A DNA stretch of 64,000 nt from a virus, in the IMG/VR virus record IMGVR_UViG_3300042924_004713, positions 32,001-96,000 of that record. One strand, given 5' to 3'. The translations under genes and the position numbers were made by a program. Positions 29,375 through 36,545 of this stretch are shown here, in pieces (within the stretch, counting starts at the first letter, position 1; the number at the start of each line of letters is the position of its first letter). The notes below the pieces were generated by a model that did no database searches, was not told where the DNA came from, and saw nothing but the letters and a program-made list of their open reading frames with translations.

Positions 29375-30397
29375 ATGCATTACTTGCTGATTGACACTGC
29401 CAACATGTTTTTCCGAGCTCGACATGTGGCACACAGAGCCAGTTCCACTGAAGAAAAAGTTGGTTATGCTCTACACATCACCCTGGCTGCTATCAATAAG
29501 GTAGCCAAGAAATTCAATGCTGATCACGTGGTGTTTGCATTGGAGGGACGGTCGTGGCGCAAAGACTTCTACGCTCCCTACAAGAAAAACCGTGCTGTGG
29601 CTCGTGCTGCGCTCACAGAAGCAGAAGCCGAAGAAGATCGAGTGTTTTGGGAAACCTATGATCACTTTACTAAATACCTAGAGCAGGGCACAAACTGTTC
29701 GGTCATACGTCACCCTGAAGCAGAAGCTGACGATATCATTGCTAGATGGATACATCTGCATCCCCAGGATCATCACACTATTGTCAGCAGTGACACTGAT
29801 TTTGTGCAACTCATCGCCCCTAATGTAAATCAATTCAATGGTATTCAAGACGAGTTGATCACACTAGAAGGTGTGTTTGATGCACGTGGTCGTGAAGTCG
29901 TAGATAAAAAAACCAAACAACCTAAACGTATCCCCGACCCAGAGTGGTTATTGTTTGAAAAATGCATGCGAGGCGATGCATCTGACAATGTGTTCTCTGC
30001 ATATCCAGGTGTTCGTGTCAAGGGCACAAAAAACAAAGTAGGATTAATGGAAGCATTTGAAGATCGCCATGCACGTGGTTATGCATGGAACAATCTGATG
30101 TTGCAAAGGTGGACAGATCATGATGGTCAAGAACATCGTGTGTTAGATGACTACATTCGCAACAAACAACTTATTGACCTCACAGCTCAGCCTGACGAAG
30201 TCAAGTATAAAGTTGACTCAGCTATTCGTGAACAGGTTTCGCACAAAGACATTGGACAAGTAGGTGTGCGATTCATGAAGTTCTGTGGTAAGTTTGATTT
30301 GCAAAAAATCAGCGAACAGGCAGAACAGTATGCACAATGGTTGAATACAATATACCAAGGAGTATTGAATGATAATAGCCAAGCCCGTAGTACCTGA
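29375..30397 (+). CDS. rnh: RNase H / 5'-3' exonuclease (T4 rnh-like)
   Basis: LIDTAN, SWRK..Y..YK.NR, EADDII, SSDTDFVQL, GDASDN. Confidence 0.92.
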   Translation: MHYLLIDTANMFFRARHVAHRASSTEEKVGYALHITLAAINKVAKKFNADHVVFALEGRSWRKDFYAPYKKNRAVARAALTEAEAEEDRVFWETYDHFTKYLEQGTNCSVIRHPEAEADDIIARWIHLHPQDHHTIVSSDTDFVQLIAPNVNQFNGIQDELITLEGVFDARGREVVDKKTKQPKRIPDPEWLLFEKCMRGDASDNVFSAYPGVRVKGTKNKVGLMEAFEDRHARGYAWNNLMLQRWTDHDGQEHRVLDDYIRNKQLIDLTAQPDEVKYKVDSAIREQVSHKDIGQVGVRFMKFCGKFDLQKISEQAEQYAQWLNTIYQGVLNDNSQARST

Positions 30398-30803
30398 TCG
30401 TTTTTGGATACTAAAACAAAACGACGAAAAGGTCGGAAACATTCAGGCCACTGCTAATGGATACACAGTTAAAATTCTAGATCAAGTTGAGATCTACAAA
30501 AGTGTTCGCACAATCAAACAACGTGTGGGCATTGACTTTGAACCAGCTGTTAAGACCAACAAAAAGCCTCAGAATCAAGTACATGGATTTGAAACTGGTT
30601 GTAATGCATACAACGGCATCTATGAAGTGCGTAGGCAGTTACCACTGTTTACCAAAACTCGCAAGAGCAAGAGTTGGTATGCAGCTGGATGGTATAAGGT
30701 AATGCAGAATCGCACATGGCGTGTGGTACGCAATCCAAAACTGATCACACTGCAACGCTATCCCTATCATGGCCCTTTTCACAGTGAACAGGAAGCACAA
30801 TGA
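30369..30803 (+). CDS. Hypothetical protein
   Basis: 144 aa, AAGGAG SD. Confidence 0.65.
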   Translation: MIIAKPVVPDRFWILKQNDEKVGNIQATANGYTVKILDQVEIYKSVRTIKQRVGIDFEPAVKTNKKPQNQVHGFETGCNAYNGIYEVRRQLPLFTKTRKSKSWYAAGWYKVMQNRTWRVVRNPKLITLQRYPYHGPFHSEQEAQ

Positions 30804-31006
30804 GCATGCACATCAATCGCTTTGTGGACAGGATCAAAGCACATGAAAGTCGTGCGGCCAAGGACTTTGTTATGACCATGCAGGATGCAAGGGATCTGCA
30901 TGCTGACATTACCAAGCTCTTGATGCAGCTACAAGCCGCTGCTGAACAAAAGAATTCTCAAAGCGAAGTCATAAACATCGAAGTCACTGGTGGTGGCTTT
31001 AAATAA
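30800..31006 (+). CDS. Hypothetical protein
   Basis: 68-aa coupled ORF. Confidence 0.6.
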   Translation: MSMHINRFVDRIKAHESRAAKDFVMTMQDARDLHADITKLLMQLQAAAEQKNSQSEVINIEVTGGGFK

Positions 31007-31055
31007 AAACTACATGGTTTTTGGCATAAATATTGAATTGAAGTAAGGAGATGCT

Positions 31056-31376
31056 GTGTCTAGACCCAAGCCAAAAATCCTAGTAGAACTCACAGATAAA
31101 AATACCTATCGTACAGAACAAGTGCTGGCCAGCGAGGGTATCTGGGCTGTGTTTTTTGATGGCGCTCCTATCAATCTCAAAACTGCCAACATGTTGCAGC
31201 AGTTTCCTGGTCCCAAATACAAAAAGGTCAGCTTTAGCAATCCCGGACATGCAATCAACTTGGCCAAAAAGCTGAATAGCCAATTTCGTACCAACAAATT
31301 CACCGTGGTGTTGCTACGTGCTGGAGATCAAGTGTATCCTCCGGTCACTGGAACCTCCAGTGAATCGCAAAGCTGA
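31056..31376 (+). CDS. Hypothetical protein
   Basis: GTG start, GGAG SD, CATAAATA upstream. Confidence 0.65.
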   Translation: MSRPKPKILVELTDKNTYRTEQVLASEGIWAVFFDGAPINLKTANMLQQFPGPKYKKVSFSNPGHAINLAKKLNSQFRTNKFTVVLLRAGDQVYPPVTGTSSESQS

Positions 31377-31722
31377 AATCACTCGTAGAGTATTAGATCT
31401 GCTGCCTGAGCCAGATCGTGTGCCTTTTGAAGTTGCCATGAACACCTGGTGGCGTAATCTTAGAAACAAAGGTGGTTTGTCGCTGACCGATCTAGGACTA
31501 CGTGTGTTCAAAGAGCAAGCAGAATTGGAGTGTCATGAATTTGTGATACCACGAGATCAGCCCATATCGCAAGGTAGCCTGTTGAGATTGGATCGTGGAC
31601 AACAGTGGCCATATCACTTGGATAAAAAGAGACGTATTACCTTTTTTGGCAGCAGAGAAGCCATGATGATGGCGCTGTACGGTAATTTTTCTAACTACGT
31701 ATACAGATTATCAGAACGTTAG
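31360..31722 (+). CDS. Hypothetical protein
   Basis: ~120-aa ORF. Confidence 0.6.
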   Translation: MNRKAEITRRVLDLLPEPDRVPFEVAMNTWWRNLRNKGGLSLTDLGLRVFKEQAELECHEFVIPRDQPISQGSLLRLDRGQQWPYHLDKKRRITFFGSREAMMMALYGNFSNYVYRLSER

Positions 31723-31792
31723 CAAAACAACAACTCTTGCATCTTTGTTAAGAAATTTGGCGAAATGTCTGTTGTTTTTTTCAAAAACTAGG

Positions 31793-31821
31793 TTGACCTG
31801 GTATAAATAAAAATGTAAAAT
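31793..31821 (+). promoter_or_regulatory. Sigma70 promoter with an embedded TATAAATA late promoter
   Basis: TTGACC-N17-TAAAAT; TATAAATA at 31802-31809. Confidence 0.75.
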
Positions 31822-31828
31822 AGATGCT

Positions 31829-31954
31829 ATGATGACTTCAATACTTTCATTATCCGCGATGCACAAATGTCCCACACAGAGTGGCCTATCAACATGGCTC
31901 CAGTTTGGGTATACCCGTGCGATCAAGATTAATGATAGTGGGGGGTCCAAGTAG
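31829..31954 (+). CDS. Putative attenuator leader peptide (41 aa, leaderless start)
   Basis: MMTSILSLSAMHKCPTQSGLSTWLQFGYTRAIKINDSGGSK*; ATG at the predicted TSS; stop codon inside the antiterminator arm. Confidence 0.6.
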   Translation: MMTSILSLSAMHKCPTQSGLSTWLQFGYTRAIKINDSGGSK

Positions 31955-31990
31955 ATCAAGCATCAAGCAACATGCGTCTACTAGGGCCCT
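31942..31990 (+). promoter_or_regulatory. Antiterminator hairpin
   Basis: GGGGTCCAAGTAGA pairs with TCTACTAGGGCCCT at 13 of 14 positions; overlaps the terminator 5' arm. Confidence 0.65.
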
Positions 31991-32022
31991 GGAAGTAAAA
32001 ACTCCAGGGCTTTTTGTTTTTT
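31986..32022 (+). terminator. Intrinsic terminator (attenuator)
   Basis: GCCCTGGA/TCCAGGGC stem followed by TTTTTGTTTTTT. Confidence 0.85.
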
Positions 32023-32031
32023 AAGGGAAAA

Positions 32032-32187
32032 ATGAAAGAAAATAACGATGAAAAACTTTTGCATCAGCTCAAGGAGCACGTACTAACAGCAGAACAATTG
32101 GCCGAACTTATTGAAGCCAAGCTGGAACGAGCTAGGCTGATGCAACAAGGCTTTAGACAGTTACAACTCGCAAAAAACGTGTTATAA
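32032..32187 (+). CDS. Small helical protein directly after the attenuator
   Basis: 51 aa MKENNDEKLLHQLKEH...AKNVL; AAGGG SD. Confidence 0.55.
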   Translation: MKENNDEKLLHQLKEHVLTAEQLAELIEAKLERARLMQQGFRQLQLAKNVL

Positions 32188-32194
32188 TTGTTGA

Positions 32195-32313
32195 GTGTTT
32201 AAGGTAACGAGGACCAGTGATTCACTAAAAATCACAAACGGGCGGACAGTACACATGAAAACCCTGGCGGCAACGAGGTGAGTAAGACTACTGGTTGGGG
32301 TGTCGACCCCAAC
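32195..32313 (+). ncRNA. Candidate structured RNA
   Basis: Non-coding; stems GTGATT/AATCAC, CAGTA/TACTG, GTTGGGGT/ACCCCAAC. Confidence 0.4.
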
Positions 32314-32319
32314 ATATGG

Positions 32320-32348
32320 TTGACCAATATTTGGCGTTTGTTTATAAT
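32320..32348 (+). promoter_or_regulatory. Sigma70 promoter
   Basis: TTGACC-N17-TATAAT. Confidence 0.75.
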
Positions 32349-32361
32349 GCTCAATGTTGGG

Positions 32362-32464
32362 ACCATATTGAAGCACACTAAGCCGAAGGGCGCACGACGG
32401 GTGGTAATGCTGTCCGATGCCGACAGTGAGGCGGTTCGAATCCCCTAGTGTGTTTCAATATGGT
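32362..32464 (+). repeat. 19-bp inverted-repeat cassette A enclosing a tRNA T-arm-like segment
   Basis: ACCATATTGAAGCACACTA ... TAGTGTGTTTCAATATGGT; loop contains GGTTCGAATCC. Confidence 0.75.
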
Positions 32465-32469
32465 TTTGA

Positions 32470-32668
32470 ATCCCGCAGTCCCTTCTGCGTTATTAAAGGG
32501 GGTGGTTGGCGTCACCACAATGCCAGGGCTCATACGATGAAAGCCTCAGAACCCGCAGACATGGGTGCCAGAAAAATCGTAGGTGGGTATCACGCCTAGC
32601 CAGAAGTAAGTGTGATGGACAGAGTAACAGCTCAGTCAGGGGCTTGAGGGATCAAGTGGCCTGACACC
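32470..32668 (+). ncRNA. Candidate ~200-nt ncRNA, copy 1
   Basis: 3' module TGGACAGAGTAAC..CTC..GTCAGGGGC..GTGGCCTGAC shared with 33140-33193. Confidence 0.5.
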
Positions 32669-32718
32669 TAACTACAAGGAGAGTCCATTATGGACAGTGA
32701 CAAGAGTGGTAAGATGAA

Positions 32719-32794
32719 GGAGCTATAGTCAAACGGTTAAGACAGCGGACTTTTAATCCGTCAGGTCAGGGTTCGAATCCCTGTGGCTCCACCA
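32719..32794 (+). tRNA. tRNA-Lys(TTT)
   Basis: Cloverleaf, loop CTTTTAA, encoded CCA. Confidence 0.95.
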
Positions 32795-32876
32795 TATAAA
32801 AACACATTCGAACACATATAGGCGGCCGGCGCTAGGGAAATCTTTACGGAGTTCCTGGAATGTGTTTCTATATGGT
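32791..32876 (+). repeat. 19-bp inverted-repeat cassette B beginning at the tRNA-Lys ACCA end
   Basis: ACCATATAAAAACACATTC ... GAATGTGTTTCTATATGGT. Confidence 0.75.
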
Positions 32877-32904
32877 TGACCAATTAAATTCTTTTTGTTA
32901 TACT
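32876..32904 (+). promoter_or_regulatory. Sigma70 promoter
   Basis: TTGACC-N17-TATACT. Confidence 0.75.
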
Positions 32905-32923
32905 AGACAAAATACAATACAGC

Positions 32924-33000
32924 GGCGGAGGGGAGAAACGGTTTACTCGTTGGTCTCATAAGCCAAAGACATCAGGTTCGATTCCTGTTCTCCGCAACCA
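32924..33000 (+). tRNA. tRNA-Met(CAT), initiator-like
   Basis: Loop CTCATAA, 1:72 mismatch, CCA. Confidence 0.85.
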
Positions 33001-33195
33001 GTTCCGGTTACTACTTTCCTGAAAGTAGGGGGCGCCACACCATAGTTAGGCCGGTTGGCTAGGCTACCGTTAGCGCAATGCAGAGCAGAGCACCTAGATA
33101 TGCGGACAAAACCGCTAGCACGAGACGCTGAAACAAATGTGGACAGGGTAACCACTCCAGGATAGGGGCGACTGTGGAAAAGCGTGGCCTAACCA
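33001..33195 (+). ncRNA. Candidate ~200-nt ncRNA, copy 2
   Basis: 3' module TGGACAGGGTAAC..CTC..GATAGGGGC..GTGGCCTAAC. Confidence 0.5.
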
Positions 33196-33313
33196 AGATT
33201 TAAAATAAAACAGAAGTGAGCGATCTGTCTCTGAAAAGAGTTTAGCAAGGGTTGATGCGGTATCACAGCTTCGGCATCTGTAACAGCGATTCCTTGTTAG
33301 TTCTCGATTTTAT

Positions 33314-33388
33314 GCACGGTTCGTCTATCGGTTAGGACACAGCCCTTTCAAGGCTGGAAGACGGGTTCGATTCCCGTACCGTGTACCA
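33314..33388 (+). tRNA. tRNA-Glu(TTC)
   Basis: Cloverleaf, loop CTTTCAA, CCA. Confidence 0.95.
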
Positions 33389-33390
33389 AA

Positions 33391-33587
33391 CGTTCCAGCG
33401 TCACTGGATACTCTGGTCCCGGAGGATGAGAAGTGTGGTGACACACACGGGCGGTACACTTCTAGCCTAAAGTGCGCTGGCAATGCGAGAACGGTCCCGG
33501 TCGTGGAGCGGGTGGAGGCTGTGTGTGATGGTGCTAGGACTACTTGGTGCTTGATGCAGTATAATTACCGCCGCGGGACGCAGAGCA
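33391..33587 (+). ncRNA. Candidate GC-rich structured RNA
   Basis: Non-coding; stems TCCAG/CTGGA, GTGTG/CACAC, GCGGGTGG/TTACCGC-like, closing GTCCCG/CGGGAC. Confidence 0.45.
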
Positions 33588-33597
33588 TTTTTAGATT

Positions 33598-33749
33598 ATA
33601 ACAGCAAGTGCTGATACAGGTAGCGTGACAGGACGCTGTCACTATGCGGGCTCTCCCGGCCGGGGACGGGTCCTGACATAACTGGCCTCGGCTTTGACCT
33701 TGTTAGCGCAAGACGTCTAAATTGGCATTATCTCAGCACTTGCTATTAT
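33598..33749 (+). ncRNA. Long hairpin cassette C with a GC-rich internal domain
   Basis: ATAACAGCAAGTGCTGA ... TCAGCACTTGCTATTAT (16/17 bp); inner GTGACAG/CTGTCAC. Confidence 0.5.
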
Positions 33750-33755
33750 GATCTT

Positions 33756-33830
33756 GGTCTCAAAGTGTTCATGGACGCACGTAGGCCTGTCACGCCTAAA
33801 GAAGGGGATCGTTACCCCTTGGGACCGCCA
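33756..33830 (+). tRNA. tRNA-Asp(GTC)
   Basis: Loop CTGTCAC; atypical T-loop ATCGTTA. Confidence 0.9.
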
Positions 33831-33848
33831 AAAACAGTAAATACAGGC

Positions 33849-34094
33849 ATGAAAGAACTACTGAAAAATCTACCGCAGATTCTCAGTGCCCTGCCTGAAA
33901 TCGTAAAATATTTGAAATATCTGCCTGTGATTATGTTGCTGGCTGGTATTGGGTTTGGTGTTTACTATGCTGTGGAAAATAAAAAAGATCCATATGTGTG
34001 TGTAAACAACCATGTGTTTGAGCAACTGCGTGTGGACAGTGATGTCTATGTATTCAAAGGTGGCACCTGCGTGGATGCCAAAGATCTAAAATAA
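33849..34094 (+). CDS. Small membrane protein
   Basis: TAAATA-N5-ATG start; one transmembrane helix. Confidence 0.65.
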   Translation: MKELLKNLPQILSALPEIVKYLKYLPVIMLLAGIGFGVYYAVENKKDPYVCVNNHVFEQLRVDSDVYVFKGGTCVDAKDLK

Positions 34095-34100
34095 ATTTCA

Positions 34101-34193
34101 GGGTGTCTTGTAGCTATGGCGTGTGCTACACCGGACTGTAAATCCGGTCCCTCGTGGTAAACATTCGCGGTTCGAATCCGTGGACACCCACCA
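34101..34193 (+). tRNA. tRNA-Tyr(GTA)
   Basis: Loop CTGTAAA, long variable arm, CCA. Confidence 0.9.
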
Positions 34194-34200
34194 GTGTTAT

Positions 34201-34276
34201 TCCAGCGTAGCTCAGAGGTAGAAGCAGCGGACTGTTAATCCGTTTGTCGTTGGTTCGATCCCAACCGCTGGAGCCA
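34201..34276 (+). tRNA. tRNA-Asn(GTT)
   Basis: Loop CTGTTAA, GCCA end. Confidence 0.95.
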
Positions 34277-34281
34277 ATCAA

Positions 34282-34356
34282 GGGCTGATAGTGATAGCGA
34301 GAGCACACTCGGTTTGCACCCGAGAGGTCGGGGTTTGACTCCCCGTCGGTCCACCA
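34282..34356 (+). tRNA. tRNA-Ala(TGC)
   Basis: Loop TTTGCAC, G3:U70, CCA. Confidence 0.9.
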
Positions 34357-34371
34357 AACAAGGAGAAAATA

Positions 34372-34626
34372 ATGTTGAGAGATTACACACCCAAGATAGC
34401 CAAGGCTGATCTTGAACATGGTGCATATTACACAGGTAGTTGCCGTAATGCCAGCGTAGCTCGTTGGGATAGTAATAAACAATGCTTTGTGCATTGGCGT
34501 TCGAAGTTTGGCGATAGGTTTCTTGAAGAAATACGTCATCCTGAAGATGACTCTGTGTTTGATGTTTTTGTAGTAGAAAGCAAGATTACTCATCCAGTGG
34601 AAGAAATACCACTAGATAGGATTTAA
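34372..34626 (+). CDS. Hypothetical protein
   Basis: 84 aa, AAGGAG SD. Confidence 0.7.
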   Translation: MLRDYTPKIAKADLEHGAYYTGSCRNASVARWDSNKQCFVHWRSKFGDRFLEEIRHPEDDSVFDVFVVESKITHPVEEIPLDRI

Positions 34627-34627
34627 T

Positions 34628-34703
34628 GGTGTCCGTAGTGTAGTGGTCTGCACGGGTGTCTGTGGAACACTCAGCGTCGGTTCAATCCCGATCGGATACC
34701 CCA
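34628..34703 (+). tRNA. tRNA-His(GTG)
   Basis: Loop CTGTGGA, G-1:C73, CCA. Confidence 0.9.
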
Positions 34704-34705
34704 AT

Positions 34706-34783
34706 GCATCGGTACCAGAGCGGCCTAATGGCGGAGTCTGCAAAACTCTCGATTCGCTGGTTCAAATCCAGCCCGATGCTCCA
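34706..34783 (+). tRNA. tRNA-Cys(GCA)
   Basis: Loop CTGCAAA, U73, CCA. Confidence 0.92.
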
Positions 34784-34790
34784 AACATAT

Positions 34791-34868
34791 ACCGCTTTAG
34801 CTCAGTTGGATTAGAGCATTGGCCTACGAAGCCAAGGGTCGGGGGTTCGAGTCCCTCAGGCGGTACCA
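34791..34868 (+). tRNA. tRNA-Arg(ACG)
   Basis: Loop CTACGAA, CCA. Confidence 0.92.
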
Positions 34869-34877
34869 TAAAGTTAT

Positions 34878-34951
34878 TCCGGTGTGGTGTAATGGCAGCG
34901 CGGCGGTCTCCAAAACCGTTAGTGGGGGTTCGATTCCCTCCACCGGAGCCA
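34878..34951 (+). tRNA. tRNA-Trp(CCA)
   Basis: Loop CTCCAAA, GCCA end. Confidence 0.92.
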
Positions 34952-34955
34952 AATT

Positions 34956-35029
34956 GGTCAGTTAGCTCAAAGGTAGAGCACACGGCTGATAACCGTGAGA
35001 CACTGGATCGTTACCAGTACTGACTACCA
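34956..35029 (+). tRNA. tRNA-Ile(GAT)
   Basis: Loop CTGATAA; atypical T-loop ATCGTTA. Confidence 0.9.
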
Positions 35030-35033
35030 TGAT

Positions 35034-35110
35034 GGCGATGTAGCATAGTTGGTCAATGCAGCCGCTTCATACGCGGAAGATCGGGGGCTCGAATCCCTCC
35101 ATCGCTACCA
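35034..35110 (+). tRNA. tRNA-Met(CAT), elongator (Ile2 not excluded)
   Basis: Loop TTCATAC, CCA. Confidence 0.85.
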
Positions 35111-35111
35111 T

Positions 35112-35187
35112 GCTGATATAGCTCATTAGGTAGAGCACCGCCTTGGTAAGGCGGAGGTGACCAGTTCGATTCTGGTTATCAGCACCA
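35112..35187 (+). tRNA. tRNA-Thr(GGT)
   Basis: Loop TTGGTAA, CCA. Confidence 0.95.
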
Positions 35188-35191
35188 AAAA

Positions 35192-35279
35192 GGAAGTGTG
35201 CCAGAGAGGTCTATTGGAGCAGTCTTGAAAACTGTCGTATCGCAAGGTACCGTGAGTTCGAATCCCACCACTTCCGCCA
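35192..35279 (+). tRNA. tRNA-Ser(TGA)
   Basis: Loop CTTGAAA, long variable arm, GCCA. Confidence 0.93.
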
Positions 35280-35316
35280 AATATTTTCTAAAAGCATAGT
35301 GCATACTAACTAAACA

Positions 35317-35433
35317 ATGCGCCCGCTTTTATTTTTTATCTGTTGTATTCCTTTGGTCTGGTACTGGATGTGGCTAGCTCGACGTGTGCCACCCATGCCA
35401 GATCAAGAAGAAGACGACAACCGGCCCCGTTAG
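35317..35433 (+). CDS. Small membrane peptide whose stop lies inside tRNA-Thr
   Basis: MRPLLFFICCIPLVWYWMWLARRVPPMPDQEEDDNRPR*. Confidence 0.45.
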   Translation: MRPLLFFICCIPLVWYWMWLARRVPPMPDQEEDDNRPR

Positions 35434-35497
35434 TTAAACGGTATAACACTTGATTTGTAATCATGGATCGGCAGTTCGATTCTGTCACGGGGCACCA
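35424..35497 (+). tRNA. tRNA-Thr(TGT)
   Basis: Loop TTTGTAA, CCA. Confidence 0.9.
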
Positions 35498-35542
35498 GTT
35501 TTCACTTGATCTAAAATACTATTTGCAGTATACTACTAACAT

Positions 35543-35634
35543 GGAGCGTTGGCCGAGTGGTCGAAGGCAGCGGTTTGCTAAACCGTCGTATTGAGAAATC
35601 AGTACCATTAGTTCGAATCTAATACGCTCCGCCA
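35543..35634 (+). tRNA. tRNA-Ser(GCT)
   Basis: Loop TTGCTAA, long arm; promoter TTGATC-N17-TATACT at 35506-35534. Confidence 0.93.
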
Positions 35635-35654
35635 TTTTTTTTTTGAGGTCTAAC

Positions 35655-35843
35655 ATGAAAACTTTGAATCTAGTTCTTCCACTGATCGTACTATTGTTTT
35701 GTGTGGCTGGTATGATTACCGGTTACGGTGCCAACAACATGGCAGCAGTGTATGCAAATGTCACTGCGATGTTTGGCTGGGGCATAGTGGCCATGGATGC
35801 ATGGCGTGAATACAAACAACGGGCTGACTCTGGCGACCTTTAA
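35655..35843 (+). CDS. Small two-helix membrane protein
   Basis: 62 aa, GAGG SD. Confidence 0.6.
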   Translation: MKTLNLVLPLIVLLFCVAGMITGYGANNMAAVYANVTAMFGWGIVAMDAWREYKQRADSGDL

Positions 35844-35892
35844 TCCTTCCAACGGATAGAGTAGCAGGTTCAATTCCTGTCAAGGCCCGCCA
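35821..35892 (+). pseudogene. Degenerate tRNA-like element
   Basis: T-arm GCAGGTTCAATTCCTGT and GCCA end intact; D-arm and acceptor stem broken. Confidence 0.5.
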
Positions 35893-35898
35893 TATAAT

Positions 35899-35973
35899 CG
35901 GTCCGTAGCTCAGCGGAAGAGTTCTGGTCTTCGAAACCAGCTGTCGGGAGTTCGAATCTCTCCGGACCGGCCA
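35899..35973 (+). tRNA. tRNA-Arg(TCG)
   Basis: Loop CTTCGAA, GCCA end. Confidence 0.92.
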
Positions 35974-35990
35974 ACTTAAAAGGATTTATT

Positions 35991-36458
35991 GTGCCACGTA
36001 TCGACGTAGATGAAATAAAACAATTTGTAGACAACTGTGGCCCAGGTACTCGTGTATATCTCGGTGCTGATAGTATTAGATATAGAGAAAAAAACATATG
36101 GTACGCTGAATACACTGTTGCGGTTGTGATACACATCAATGGCAACAACGGTTGCAAGATCTTTGGCGAGATCACAAGAGAACGTGACTATGACCACAAG
36201 CTCAGCAAACCTGCCATGCGGTTAATGAATGAAGTATATCGTGTTAGTGAGATGTTTCAGAGGCTAGCACCAGTAATGGGTGACTTTCCAGTTGAAGTAC
36301 ATCTGGATATCAATCCCAATGAAGCACACGGTAGTAGTTGTGTAGTTGGTCAGGCCATTGGCTACATTCGCGGTACTTGTAATGTGATTCCTTTGGTAAA
36401 GCCAAAGGCATTTGCAGCAAGCTATGCAGCAGACAGAATTGCCAATGGAGCATTATAG
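35991..36458 (+). CDS. RNase H-like YkuK (DUF458) family protein
   Basis: VYLGADS, RLMNEV, EVHLDIN, KPKAFAASYAAD. Confidence 0.8.
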   Translation: MPRIDVDEIKQFVDNCGPGTRVYLGADSIRYREKNIWYAEYTVAVVIHINGNNGCKIFGEITRERDYDHKLSKPAMRLMNEVYRVSEMFQRLAPVMGDFPVEVHLDINPNEAHGSSCVVGQAIGYIRGTCNVIPLVKPKAFAASYAADRIANGAL

Positions 36459-36464
36459 ATCTAA

Positions 36465-36539
36465 GCGGCTATGGCGTAGTTGGTAACGCATGTGCTTGCC
36501 AAGCATAAGTCACCGGATCGTACCCGGTTAGCCGCTCCA
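36465..36539 (+). tRNA. tRNA-Gly(GCC)
   Basis: Loop TTGCCAA; atypical T-loop ATCGTAC. Confidence 0.9.
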
Positions 36540-36545
36540 GTAGTT

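Noticed and set aside
31829-31954. Idea that the leader peptide is statistically enriched for codon diversity
   Set aside because: It has 29 distinct codons in 41, about what random sampling gives. The attenuator claim rests on the geometry, not on enrichment.
32380-32447. A functional tRNA inside cassette A
   Set aside because: Only a T-loop-like motif and one hairpin are present, with no acceptor stem or CCA.
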